From NCBI GenBank assembly GCA_964016885.1, contig OZ024741.1, positions 350,858,001 through 350,922,000 on the forward strand: 64,000 nt of DNA, read 5' to 3'. Shown here in pieces: positions 13,107-25,990 of the stretch (positions are counted from its first letter, which is position 1; each line of letters begins with the position of its first letter). Source of the DNA: Eledone cirrhosa (taxonomy: Eukaryota). The notes under the pieces are model-generated. The model had not been told where the DNA came from. It did not search any database and saw nothing but the letters and a program-made list of their open reading frames with translations. The translations under genes were made by a program, and so were the position numbers.

Positions 13107-16100
13107 GTATATTTCTATTATTATGATTTTTTTCAAAATTCAATAGAATAATATTCGCATTTATTCGGCTTTCTTCGGTGTTTATATTAAAACATGTCTC
13201 AGTGTTTAGACGATTTATTTATTAATCTAATGATTTTTCGTAGTATTAAATTCCAGTTTAGAGATGAAACAGCAAATTTCCCACCTTCTATCACCGCAAT
13301 AAGATACACAAATCAGGGCTGAATTAAAAAAATAAAAGTAACTCCACTCTCTCTGGAATAGACGAGCTGTTTTATAAAATGCTCCTGTCTAAAATCCTCA
13401 AACCTTTACTCCATATATTCCCTGGATATGTCGACAGTTCCAATGAAGTTAGAAAGACGGTAGAATACCCCCACATTGCGATAGGAAATGCCTTCCGGAT
13501 GCTCGCAGCCAAGATCATTTGCAAGCCTGTTGCACTTGAGCTAGGCGAGGAACTCAGCTCAGTGAAGCTGGGGGATTGGCGTGGACAGTGGGTGCGAGGG
13601 AGCCACTCACGTCGCTAGACATTTCATCAACAACTGTCTTCCCGAGCCAGGGCCTAGTGATTCCAGGCATCGCATCGTCAAGCTTGACATGAGAAACACC
13701 TTCAACTGACCACGATGCGACACTTGCTCGAGGCTTATCTCAGCCATGCCCCATCCGCCTACCGGGCATACTCCTCACTGCAGACAAGACCATACCATAC
13801 CATCCTAAACCGCCGTCTAACAGGCGATCTATTGGGCCTCTGCCTCTTTGCTCTCGAGGTGGACAGCGTTGCTCGGAGCGTCACCGCTCCTCTCAGCCTC
13901 TGGTATCTGGACGATGTTACGATAGGTGGACCCACAGAGAGAGAGAGAGTCTGTCAGGATTTCCAGTCAGTGCTCCCTGCTACAGCCAAGCATCTCTCCC
14001 CACAGATCTCAACGTCTACATTCGACAGGTTGCTGAATGATATACAACGTCCAGTTTGACAACACCAGTTGGCAGCTGCCACATTACCCGTCAAATATGG
14101 CAGCCTCGGCTATCTCGCTGGCCCTGCCTGCTTTCCTTTCATCAGTACCCTCTTGCCATGTCCTCGTCAACAAGGTTCTCCAGAACACAACTGAACCTTC
14201 TGTGAATGAGGAGCATGAAGTAGCCTACATGACATATAACCAGCCTGGTCTCTGCACTATGAATATCTATCCCCCTCTCCTCTTCATAGATGTCCACTCC
14301 CCAAAACAAACGGGATGCCATCCTTTTGCAAAATGATTTCAGACAGGTGGTGCGCCAGCTTGACCGGAACCATCTAATATGTTTCCACTCAGACTCCCAA
14401 CCCTGCAGTAGTGCCTGGCTCAACACAGTTCCAGCACTTGCAACTGGCATTCAGCTGGACAGCAACAGCTTGCACATTGATGTTTCCCTGACGCACTCAT
14501 GTCTGTGAGCCTCACAAATGCTGCTGCAGTACCACTGTGGATACTTTCGGTCTCCACCCACTGTCATGCTGTTACAGTGCTAGCTGCCTCCCATACCATA
14601 CTACTTTCAACAAGATCATAAAGCATGGCCTATATGGCACAGACTTCCCTTCCCAACTCAAGCCAGTGGGACTGGATGAAGGGGGACGGAAAAAGGCCAG
14701 ACAGCATGACAATTTTCACTTTCCGTGGGGGTAGACCCCTTATCTGGGATGCTGCATGCTGTAACACCTCTTGCAGCTACCTGCCCACCAGGCCAAAGAA
14801 GGCAAACTGTTCATGTATCAGCCGCTCTCTGATAGGCTTGTGGTAGAGCCTGTAGCAGTTGGCCCCCAGACCACATCTCTTCTCACTACTTTCGGAGCTG
14901 AGTTGACTGCTCATGAGGTATGTTCCAGCACTTCTCCCTCGCCGTCCTCCAGGGCAATGTATTCTCTATCCTGTCAGCCGGGACCAAGAGGTAGGGGATA
15001 CTCGATTGGACATCGCTTATTTCCTCTTCTCACCCCACTTTCACTCACTCTATGTATTATTTATGCACTTCTTCACGTGATAGCAGCCATTTAATTGCAA
15101 CATAATCCATTTCCCCCTACCCCTGACTTCGTTAATATTTTAACTATTAATAAACACAAACACCTCACTTCTCACCACATCTCTTGCATCCATTAGAAAC
15201 TAATAGTTAAATCTTGTTGGCTGTCTGAAGAAGTTGGGATTTCCATTTCCAAGCAGCTGTACTTGCTGAGAGCTATTTCTGCACTAATAGAAACCTATGA
15301 ATCTATTTTCAGTTGATGGATCCAAATTATGGCTACTATGTTTGGCCTTGTGCAGTGATACTAGCTCAGTATATCTGGTACTTCCAAGAAGAAGTTAAAG
15401 GTAAAAGGATACTGGAGGTAAGGTATTTTTTCTGTAAAAATAACAAAGAGCATTTGTTTCTGTTACGAGTATTTGAATGACAGGGATAGTAGAGGAGATA
15501 CTAAAACATTAGCAGTCTTTATCATGTCTCCCATTAAATGTCACTCAAAACTTAAATGCCATATGTCCACCTAGCTGTGAATAAGTACCACAGGGTAGGA
15601 ACAATTCCCTGCTGAAAAACTGTCAAATTGATGTTTCATTGAGTTCAATTCTAGATGAATGAAAATGTAACCATGATAGACTGGTATCTAATCCAGTGGA
15701 AATTTTTCTCTAAATTACATAATCTTATAAATATGCATATTGGTTGGTGTCAGGAAAAGCATCTGTTGTAAAACATACTCCCAAAAGTCCCCTCTGACAC
15801 ATGACAGCATAGAAAAAGACGTAAAAATAATGAGGACGACATGTTGATGTATGTGCATGTATATATCATTTTTTTAAAAGCCGGTACAATGTAGAAAAAT
15901 ACAAAGGGCAAAGGATGACAAATGAAACAAAACAAAGTAATGTTTTACCCAGTGTATTTTAGCAGGATATTTCAATGTTCCCTACTTATTTTAAAGACAG
16001 TAAGGTACATGAGATTTTGTTGCTATTTCTAGCAGGTTTCCCCATTGCATGGCAGAAGTTAAATAACTGCAAACAGTGAAATGGTATTTCTACAATTGCT

Positions 16101-19100
16101 TTTTGATACTAAGTTGATATCAATGTCATTTGAATGTGAATGGAGAAGACTAAATACTGTCTACATCCACTACCTGTTTATTTGTATGAGATGAAAATAT
16201 TGTTTAATTTTACTGTTATAATCATTCAGTTGAGTGCTGGAACTGCATTGCCAGGAATTGTTGCAGCGAAATGTCAGGCAGCATCAGTGATTCTCAGTGA
16301 CAGTTTCTTATTAGCTGATTGTCTACAACATTGTAAGAGTTGCTGTGCTGCCAATGATCTACCAGACTTGCCAGTTATTGGTATCACATGGGGACTTTTC
16401 TCACCTAACTTAATAAATCTGGCTCCAGTTGATATCATTCTTGGTTCTGACTGCTTTTATAACCCAAAAGGTAAATTTTATCTTGTTTTTTTAATTATTA
16501 TTATGGAGGCACATGGCTTAGTGGTTAGAGCATTGGCCTTGAAATCGAAAGGTTGTGAGTTCAATTCTCAGACCGGGTGATGTGTTGTTTCCTTGAGCAA
16601 GACACTTTATTTCACATTGCTCCAGTTTACTCAGCTGTAGAAATGAGATGATAGGGACTGGGGTCCATATCATTCCATTGCAAAGTGGTCGTGGAGGTGG
16701 CATGGCAAAAAAGCACCCAGCACTCACTATAAATGAGGTTGGTGTTAGGAAGGGCATCCAGCTGTAGAAATCAAGCCAAAATCAGTTCCCGTCCCACCCT
16801 TGCAAGCAGGGAAAAAGCGGACGTAAAATGAAATGATGATGGTCGTGGATTGGTGACATTGTTAATTTAGGCTAAAAACATGCAATTTGGGGATAGGTGA
16901 CCCCAATACTTTACTGGTACTCTATTTTATCAGCCTTGGAGAGATGAAGGGCAAACTTGACAATGGCTGGATTTCAACAAAGAACCTGAACAAAACTCTT
17001 GCAAAGCGTTTTCTGACATTGTAACAATCCTGGAAAATCAACAAGTGATTAATAATAAACATTAGATAAATTTTTATGTCTCGATTTACATTTCCAGGCT
17101 TCTTGGCCTTTTGGCAGTGTAGATTCTGTTCTTAGCTTAATGTCTGATACATACTCAGAGTGGTAGGTTGGTAGTATTGAGAGCGTCGGACAATATGCTT
17201 CACTGTATAGTTACACTTTACGTTCTGAATTCAAATCTTGCAGAGGTTAGCTTTGCCTTTCATCCTTACAGGGGTGGTGGTGGTGGGGGATCGATGAATA
17301 AAGCACTGGGGCCGATTTAATTGATTTTCTCTTCCCCGAAAATTGCTGGCCTTGTGCCTAAAGTAGAAACAATTATTTCCTAGATAAAATTTTTTTATTT
17401 CAGACTTTGAAGACATCTTAGTAACAGTGTCATTTATTTTAGAGAAGACCATGGAGTGCCAGTTTTGGTGCACTTACCAAGAACGAAGGTAGGTTCATGA
17501 TATTTTTTCTTTCTAGTACATCTACATTTCTCTTGTATTTGGCTATTAAATTTAAGAATCTAGTGCTGGTGCCATGATAAAATGCAGTTGGTAGAATATG
17601 GGCCCATATTTAAGCGAGATGCGGACGCTTCAGTGAAAATCTGCTCAACTCCTGCTAGCAGAGAAAGTGGACATGAAATTATATTTTAACAGAGAGAAGG
17701 AAAATGAAATTTGTGACAAGGTAACAGACAGACCTGGCTTAGATTATATGTATTGTGGAATATATGTAACTTTAGGAGATTAGTATCGGTGTACATATAA
17801 AATTATTACAAAAGACAATAAATGCCGGTGTGTGTTGTGATAATGTTTTTACTTCATAGAAGTCAAAGGTATTAATATAAATGAATCATTACCCGTGGAT
17901 CACAACTCCAGGCTGAAGTTTGTGGAGAAGAACAGAGATCTTCTCTAGGAGGTGTTAACATCTTCTTAGGCTCTTAGGCTGCCGGTTGCATTCTTCTTGG
18001 TGGCGAAGGATTATGAGAAAGGAATCATCTCATGCTAAGGTCGCAGGTGTTACCACTTTGGAATTCAGGAGGCGAGAGAGAAAGGTTGTCCTGACCTGTT
18101 CCTTTTATAGGGTCTGACCGGAAGTGACCAACAGGGAGTCTGTCAACCCCAAAGGGAAGTAACTCCAGCTACTTCCTGTCTAGAGAGCGGTGATGAGATT
18201 GTCATGACAAGGGAGGCAACTCTTGCTACATTATCTCCCGCCAGATTTTTAAAACATAAAAATCGAATGAAGCATGCATGGAGTAAGATGGCGAGCATGT
18301 AAGAGGCATGAAAATTATGATACAATGTAATAAAAGTAAGAGAAGAGATCAAAGTTCAAAATACAGTTCACATGTGTGCAATCACATGACAGCAGGAAAG
18401 AATGTGTTCCAGAGAATGAATGAATGCAGGTGGTTTCTGGTCTGTGGTATAACGTGAAATTTCCAACTTCCGAAGGGAATTTCTCACAGGAAGAGTGCTG
18501 CAGAAATAAATTGTCTGGCTTGTTCTGCTGGTTTTGGTTGTTGATGAAGCTGTGTTCTTGTTGTTGATGTTGTGAATGCGTTGACCTGGAAGGGTCAAGA
18601 AGCCAGCGACCAGAGAAATAAGCATTCTGAATAAATGCGCAATTTTCAACAGCAAATTTACATGGTAAATTTATAAACCGGCAAATAGAAGAATATAGCT
18701 TAAAATGTTCGTTGTAAAGGAAACAAAAAACATATATATAAATCCAGTGAAATGGTAATGAGAGGTACATTGTAATACAATAAATCACTAAATAACAAGA
18801 ACAGCAAAAAAAAAATATAAGGCTCCAGTGGCCAGTTCACATAAAAATAGTTTGGCAGAACTTTTTGGGCCAGTGGACTCTCCGACCGGAACGGGTTGTA
18901 GTCTTGTATGTAGGTGAAGGTGGGGCAGAAGGAGCAGGTGTATGCACAAGAGAGAAAGATTGGGGTATTTGTGGCTCGGGTGTATGAGCGTCATTGTGTG
19001 CCCTTTTCAGTCTATCCACCGAATTGTCTCTCTGGACCCCTTAACATCTACAGTGAAATGTTTGTCAGTACGTGCTAACACACGGTAGGGTCCAGAGTAT

Positions 19101-22100
19101 GGTTGTGTGAGGGGTGGTCTCACAGCATCGTTCCTTATGAACACATGGGTCCACGAGGCAATATCCCTCGGGACCGCAGGTTTTACAGTTTGTTTCCTCG
19201 TATCCATCGGCGGCAGGTCCTGAAAATAAGAACACAGACGGGATACGTAGGAAAGCGGATCTTGGAAAGCAAGATCAACAGGGGCAAGCATTTGCCCAGG
19301 CAATGCTAGAGGAGCACCGTAAAGTAATTCGGCCGGGGAGAACCCAAGGTCCTCCTTTATTGATGACCGAATTCCTAACAACACAATAGGAAGGTACTCG
19401 CTCCAACGTTGAGAGTCTGGATAGGAGCGAAGAGCGGCCTTTAATTGGCAGTGGAATCGTTCCACCATTCCATTTGACGCAGGATGATAGGCTGTGGTCC
19501 GAATCCGTTGAGCTCCAATTATTTTTGTGAGCTCAGAGAAGAGATGGGACTCGAATTGTCTACCACGGTCTGTGGTGAGTGTAGTTGGTACCCCAAAGCG
19601 GGTAATCCACCCTGATACCAGGGCACGTGCTACAGTCTCAGCAGTCATGTCTTGTAAAGGGATGGCTTCAGGCCATCGCGAAAAACGATCGACACAGGTC
19701 AATATGTATGAATATCCACTGCTGAATGGCCAAGGTCCAACGAAGTCAATGTGGATGTGTTGAAACCGAGCATCTGGAGTATTGAAAGTACCAAGTGGAG
19801 TTCGGATATGTCTATGGATTTTCGATTTCTGGCAAGCGATGCAGGAACGGCACCAAGCAGCAATGTCGCGCCTCATATTTGGCCAGAAGAATCTGGCTGT
19901 TATGAGCTTTACTGTGGCAGCAGATCCTGGGTGAGAAATGTTGTGTAAAGCTAGGAACACAATTCGACGGTGAGTCTCAGGAACAAGTGGTCGTGGTGCA
20001 TCCGTAGATACATCACATAGAATCTGCCTGTCGGTGGTGGACAAGGGCAGATATTTGAAAATGCAAGTCGCAAATTCAGCAGAAAGAGTGTCCAACGATT
20101 GGAGTGCAGGTTGGTCTGCAGCTAAACGACCTAAGTCGATCTCCTGGGATGACAAGATGGAGCTAATTGGCAAACGTGACAATGCGTCTGCAGCTATGTT
20201 GTGCGAGCCGGCAAAGTGCTGGATATCGTTTGTAAATTGTCAAACGTAGTCCAGGTGCCTTGTCTCTCTGGGCGAATATCTGTCGGCTTTGGCCCTCAAA
20301 GCGAAGGTCAACGGTTTGTGGTCTGTAAAATTTCTCCCCTCAAGAATATGAGAGTAATGTTTCACCGACAGATATATGGCTAATAATTCCCGCTCAAATG
20401 TGCTGTAACACGTTTCTGCTGGTTTCAACTTCCTCGAGAAAAATGTCAAAGGTTGTTGGTTTTCAGCGTAGGACTGCTGTAAAACTGCTCCCACAGCGGT
20501 ATCAGATGCATCAACACAAAGCGAAAGCTTAGCCTCTGGTACCGGGTGGGCTAGCAAAGATGAACTAGCGAGTGCTGTCTTGGCAGACTGGAAGTCTTGA
20601 AGCTGTCCTTGTGTCAAGGAAATATCCTCATTCTTCTTACGATGATTTTTTAAAATGTCAGTAAGGGAAGATAGAAAATTAGCACAATGAGGAACGAAAC
20701 GCCTATAGAAATTGATTAGGCCTAAGAAGTGACGCAACCGGTGAAGTGTAGTAGGCGGATGTAACTCCTGTATGGCTTGAACTCACTGAGGGAGCGGCCT
20801 AATACCTTCGGCATCGATGAGGTGGCCTAAAAAATTTAGGGAAGTGGAACCGAAAACACACTTTGCAGGATTCACGTGAACGCAGTAATCCTGAAGTCGC
20901 CGAAATAAGAGAAGCATGTGGCGCATATGCTCTTCTGGAGAGGAACTAGCGACGAGAATATCGTCTATGTAGGCATAAACGAAGTCCAGACCACGCGTGA
21001 CCTCGTCTATGAACCGCTGAAAAGTGCTAGCAGCGTTCCTGAGTCCGAAAGGCATGGTAAAAAATTCGAATGATCCGAAAGGGGTTGTAATCGCCGTTTT
21101 CGGAATATCCTCCTTCCTGACCGGAATTTGGTGGTAGGCTCGCACTAAATCTAACTTTGAAAAAATCTTACACCCCTGCAGTGAAGATGCAAAATCATGG
21201 AGATGGGGAATGGGATACCTATCCGGGACGGTCATGGCATTTAACCTCCTATAATCCCCAGTGGGTCTCCAGTCGCCGGAAGTCTTAGGCACCATGTGTA
21301 ACGGTGAAGCCCAAGGACTCGTAGATGGGCGAATAATGCCCAGCTGCAGCATATGGTCAAACTCGGACCGTGCTGCCTTTAATTTTTCCGTCGGTAAGCG
21401 GCGTGGACACGAAAACACTGGAGCACTGGTGGTGGAAACGAAATGTTCGGTAGAGTGTGTTGGGTCAGTTTACAGAAAGAACCCAGCAACGAATGGTAGG
21501 CGTCTCCAGCGGCAGCGACGAAGAACATGGGGCCGACTATTGGAGCATTGGCTTCCTGGCCATGAATTGAAAAGCCGGTGATGTTATCCACCAGGCGTTG
21601 GCCACGAACGTCCACAGTTAAAGAGAAGTTGTGGAGGAAATCCGCTCCTAAGATGGGGTATGGCAAATCGGCAACCGTAAAAATCCACTTAAAATCCCTT
21701 CGAAGATTTAGGAATTTGAGAGGAAGCAAGATTTTCCCGTACGTCTTTATAGACGAGTGGTTAACTGCCTGCAGCATAACAGATGACTCTATGGGGGTAT
21801 CTTTCAGGCAATGGACCGGCCAAATACTACAGGAGGCTCCTGTATCCACTAGGAAACCTCTTCTGGAAATGAGGTCCTTAATGAAGAAATGGCGGTTTGG
21901 TGGCTTTATGTTGAGGTCAGCTGACCCCATCAGAGGACCTCTTAGGCATTGCACGCAGTGATTCGCGTTCTCAGCAAATCGCTCGTGGTACCAGCATAAA
22001 GATGAAGCTGGTGATTTAGAACGTCTAAAACTTTGCGATCTCCCGCGACTGGGCACCACACAAGGCCTTCATCTTGTTGAGCTCTATGGTGAGTTCCTGA

Positions 22101-24008
22101 ATGGACCTTTGCATCGCCATAATGGTTGAGCTGTCTATTGGCGCTGCCGCGTAGATCGCATGGCCGTGTGTGGCCCGAGCTGGGTGCTGAACAGCGGCAA
22201 GGGGGTCGCTGCCTCCGGCATTCGTCACCTCGAAAACTTTGTCCGCAGATGCGGCAAGCTGATCCACCGTGCTTGTATCCCTCATGGGGGCCAAAATTGC
22301 CTGTACGTTGGTCGGCAGGCGCGAGAAGAGCAACTGCTTCAGCAGGGCAGTTTCCTCTACCGACCCCTCCGTTAGATCTTTCATTCGCCTTAGGAGGTTC
22401 GATGGGGTGCCATCCCCTATATGTTCCAGATGGACCAAAGCCCTAAATCTTTTTTCTGAAGACTGTTCTGTCTGGCTGAGTATTTCAGCCTTCAGAGACG
22501 TGTACGACGAGTCTGTGGGTGTCTCTAACACCAGGTCCTTAATCGCTGGGAGAATTGCCGGCGGAATTGCGCTGAGGACCACAGGACGTTGTAGTTCCTC
22601 GTCAACTCTGTTCGCCTTGAAGAATGCTTCTAACTGGGCGAACCATAGCCCTACGTCGCCCGTGTACGTTGGCAGAACAGAGTGGGAAGCCATTGGTATA
22701 CCGTAGGCAATTTACCGTTTGGAAAAATGTCTCTAACGCAACAGAAAAGGAAAACAAAATCGCTTATTTTTCCCTGTCAAACCACTGGACCGGAAAAATA
22801 ATGCATCCGGGACAATATGCAAAGCGATTAAGTGAATGCTGTTATTACTAAGGTAAGGGGAAGGAACTTAAAACAAAATCCAACATGGCAGACTATTTCG
22901 CGCCAAAAACACTAATGATGGAGAAGAGAGACTCCATCTTGTCATCCTCAAAAGTTTTTAGCCAGAGAAGAGAAGGGCAGAAAAGGAGAGAAAAAAAAGG
23001 CAAAAACATTCATCCAATTGCTGTTTGTTTGTCAATAATTGTAGGTGTTCGTTTTGTATTAAATTATTTTTTTTCTCTCTATATACACCGTATACCATTT
23101 CCCATTTTTTTTTTAAAATCACGTCGGGGGTCACCACTTTAGGAGATTAGTATCGGTGTACATATAAAATGATTACAAAAGACAATAAATGCTGGTGTGT
23201 GTTGTGATAATGTTTTTACTTCATAGAAGTCAAAGATATTAATATAAATGAATCATTACCCGTGGATCACAACTCCATGCTGAAGTTTGTGGAGAAGAAC
23301 AGAGATCTTCTCTAGGAGATGTTAACATCTTCTTAGGCTCTTAGGCTGCCGGTTGCATTCTTCTTGGTGGCGAAGGATTATGAGAAAGGAATCATCTCAT
23401 GCTAAGGTCGCAGGTGTTACCACTTTGGAATTCAGGAGGCGAGAGAAAGGCTGTCCTGACCTGTTCCTTTTATAGGGTCTGACTGGAAGTAACTCCAGCT
23501 ACTTCCTGTCTAGAGAGCAGTGATGAGATTGTCACGACAAGGGAGGCAACTCTTGCTACATAACTATTTTAATTCCAATAAACTTTTCAATTAAAAACAT
23601 TGCCATCCCTCAATTTTCAGCTCAGGCATAGTAATGCTGGTGCCAAGAAAATGTAACCAATACATTCTGTAAAGTGGTTGGTGTCAGGAAGAGCATCTAG
23701 CCATAGCAATCATGCCTAAATGAGCAAGATGGGGTTATCTGACCCAGCTAGCTTCAGACCATAATGATCTATGCCAGCATGGAAAGCAGACGTAAAATGA
23801 TATTACTGTCTCTCAATTTTTCTTTATTTTGCTTTTCAGCTCAGACCAATCTATAGAACTTCTATTGAAACGATGGGATTTGAATTGTCGTCAAATATCC
23901 TTGGCTGAATTCCAAGCTGATGGTCTAGATATTGCCAGTTCAGGTCTCCCAGGAAATCACTCTATTCAAATACTGAAGATATCTAAGAGAAAACCAAAGA
24001 TTGGATGA
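13023..24008 (+). CDS. METTL23: Methyltransferase-like protein 23 (seven-beta-strand MTase), complete, 5 exons, 227 aa
   Basis: Exons 13023-13106, 15313-15417, 16230-16470, 17404-17488 and 23840-24008 total 684 nt. Motifs: [64 protein letters not shown]. Confidence 0.93.
13455..15000 (+). mobile_element. Degenerate CRE-like non-LTR retrotransposon (RT plus RLE) in METTL23 intron 1
   Basis: [48 protein letters not shown]...LIWDA; collinear with the 34-37 kb copy. Confidence 0.85.
15313..15417 (+). CDS. METTL23: METTL23 exon 2
   Basis: [35 protein letters not shown], cag/gtaagg ends. Confidence 0.93.
16230..16470 (+). CDS. METTL23: METTL23 exon 3
   Basis: [15 protein letters not shown]...[13 protein letters not shown], cag/gtaaat ends. 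Confidence 0.93.
16507..16841 (+). mobile_element. tRNA-derived SINE family A
   Basis: Full-length copy, almost identical to 30064-30398. Confidence 0.85.
17098..17150 (+). pseudogene. U2 snRNA 5' fragment (degenerate)
   Basis: GCTTCTTGGCCTTTTGGC--AGTGTAGATTCTGTTCTT-AGCTTAATGTCTGATAC aligns with gaps to the first about 67 nt of U2. There is no Sm site or 3' half. Confidence 0.75.
17404..17488 (+). CDS. METTL23: METTL23 exon 4
   Basis: (D)[27 protein letters not shown], cag/gtagg ends. Confidence 0.92.
17772..18230 (-). repeat. Gypsy 3' LTR (459 bp)
   Basis: Direct repeat of 23139-23560. Confidence 0.93.
18837..22059 (-). pseudogene. Gypsy pol (protease, RT, RNase H, integrase), broken by frameshifts and stops
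   Basis: LVDTGAS, ILGADFL, PFGLRNA, YIDD, DAS...ERELLA...TDHKPL, HHCC zinc finger, DDE core ([22 protein letters not shown]), GPY. Confidence 0.93.
22025..22693 (-). CDS. Gypsy Gag (222-aa ORF)
   Basis: WFAQLEAFF...PSNLLRRM...FSRLP; located between the PBS and the protease. Confidence 0.85.
   Translation of the reverse strand: MASHSVLPTYTGDVGLWFAQLEAFFKANRVDEELQRPVVLSAIPPAILPAIKDLVLETPTDSSYTSLKAEILSQTEQSSEKRFRALVHLEHIGDGTPSNLLRRMKDLTEGSVEETALLKQLLFSRLPTNVQAILAPMRDTSTVDQLAASADKVFEVTNAGGSDPLAAVQHPARATHGHAIYAAAPIDSSTIMAMQRSIQELTIELNKMKALCGAQSREIAKF
23139..23560 (-). repeat. Gypsy 5' LTR (422 bp)
   Basis: Begins TGTAGC on the minus strand; followed by AG and the PBS TGGTGACCCCCGACGTGATT. Confidence 0.93.
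23840..24008 (+). CDS. METTL23: METTL23 exon 5 (stop)
   Basis: [24 protein letters not shown]...[20 protein letters not shown]. Confidence 0.92.
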
Positions 24009-24627
24009 GGCTGCCCCTACCTCTTCTGGAATCATTTTACATTCAATATAAATGTGGCGATGAATTGGATTACACGCAGTAAAGAATCCACTTTTAGCCT
24101 GTAGATATGACTGGCTGTTGAACAAACCAAGTGAACATAAGGTGAAGTCATGAGGCATGTAGTGGTCTGCCAAAAACATTACAAGCCATCAACTGAAATG
24201 TGCAGCTTATGATTGCACAGTTCATGTATTATTGGTGGTGTTGATCGTGTAGCCTATTGCACTAAAAGTTAATAAGAACCAGACCTTTTTATTAGGTGAA
24301 TTGGTAGAATGCCTCCATGTTTGTTCCAGTTCTCTGTGTTCAAATCCTACCTCCCCTCACCAGAAAAGCAGTGATGCTTCTGCCAGGAGTTGTGACCAAT
24401 GGAAACAATTACGTGTCTCATCTAACCATTGGCTACTAGCATCACATCAGCAAAACAAACATTTATCAGGTCAAATTATAGAAAAGAAAACAAAAAAAGT
24501 ATTTCCATATTTTCCTTTAAATTTTGGATAAAGTTCAACATTTTATTTTTCTTCATAAGTTTTTCATTAAAATTTTGGATAAAATTCTCAACATTTTATT
24601 TTTCTCCCTCCAGTAAGGCAATAATGT

Positions 24628-24785
24628 GACTGGGTGCCCCCCCCCCCCGATGATTTCCTTCGAAAAAAATAATTCTAGTCCTGTAGAAGCCAATTCTATA
24701 TTAAATGTTATTGTATTCACTCTACTAATGTATTGAGTACCTTACTTAAATGGTCCTCGGCCTGCCTGAGATTAACTACTATGTA
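24628..24785 (+). mobile_element. Degenerate copy of the hammerhead-bearing short repeat
   Basis: Shares GATGATTTCC...TTCTAGTCCTGTAGAAGC...TGTATTGAGTACCTTACT with the 38.6 and 57.7 kb copies; the catalytic core is mutated. Confidence 0.7.
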
Positions 24786-25059
24786 TATATACATAACATT
24801 ATCATCATTTAATGTCCACTTTCTCTGCTAGCAAGTTTTGGATGGGTCTTCACAAACTGAGTCAGTACTGAAATGGGTCTGCTGACCTTCCAGAGGTGGG
24901 GATTTGGTGTGCCACTTGCATGCAGTCCCATGTTCTACTGAATGTACTTATGGCACCAGCACTGGGGAGGTTATGTTTTTGACACAACTGAAGAGGCCTA
25001 ACTATTTTCTATAGCTAAATGCTCTTCATATCACCAACACTAGAGTTTGTCATGTTGAC

Positions 25060-25990
25060 GCAACTGAAGGGTCCGTTCTTAGACCACTCCTGTTTATTAT
25101 CGCCTTCCAGGCTATAACAGAAGAGTTTAAAATAGGCTGCCTATGGGACCTCTCATAGCCAAATCTAGAATTAGAGAAGAATTTCCAGACCTTGAAGCAA
25201 AAGGTTTTAAAGTCAACTTGGCAAAGACGATTGTCCTAGTAAATAGAAATAAAAATGGTTCTGATCCCTTCAGAGAAATGGCCTTGCTCAATGTGCAGGA
25301 AAGGAGTGGGCAGAAATTCCATCTTATGTCTCAAATGCAAACTATATGTACACAAGCGATGCAGTGGTATCTCAGGTAGGCTAACAAAGAACATAATCTC
25401 ATATTTTGTCAAAGAACAGGAACAGTAAACAGCAAGAGCTCACAGGAAATAAGCTCTATCAAATGCTCAGAAGTTTCCGTAAAAGTAGTTGATAGCTTGT
25501 TACCTGGGTGACCAAATTAGCAGTGGAGGTGTGTTCTGAAAGTACAGTAGCCAGAGTGAGAATGGGATGGAGAAAGTTCAGAGAGCTACTACTGCTGCTG
25601 ATTTTCCTCTTCAAAATGTAAGGCAGATTGTATGATGCTTGTATACAAATAGCAATGCTGCGTAGAAGTGAGACCTGGGCATTGTGCAGAGGATCTACAA
25701 AGATTGGATAGAATTGAAGTGTGCATGCTTCAATTGATGTATAATAGTAGTATGCATGAATGGTGAAGTGTCAATGAACTGAGAGAGTAACTGGACATAA
25801 GAGTAGTAAGTTGCAGTGTGCAAGAGAGAAGATTGTGATGTGTATGGAAGATGACAACTGTATCAAAAAGTGCAGGGGATTTGAAATTGAAGGAAACAAT
25901 AAAAGCTGACCTTATACAATTAAACTTTACAACAGTTATAACACAGGATTGAGACCTCTGGCATGCCGTACTGCAGAAGACCCGCCTTCC
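25060..25990 (+). mobile_element. Degenerate RTE LINE 3' half
   Basis: PLLFIIAFQAITEEFKIGC, KVNLAKT, WRKFRELL and SETWAL remnants. Confidence 0.8.

Larger units (their letters stand above)
17772..23560 (-). mobile_element. Full-length Ty3/Gypsy LTR retrotransposon (frameshifted) in METTL23 intron 4
   Basis: LTRs at 17772-18230 and 23139-23560, TSD TAACT, tRNA-Trp-type PBS at about 23117-23136, PPT at 18231-18245, gene order gag-PR-RT-RH-IN. Confidence 0.96.

Noticed and set aside
18315-18788. Env-like ORF between the Gypsy integrase and the 3' LTR
   Set aside because: Short low-complexity ORFs with no recognisable envelope features.
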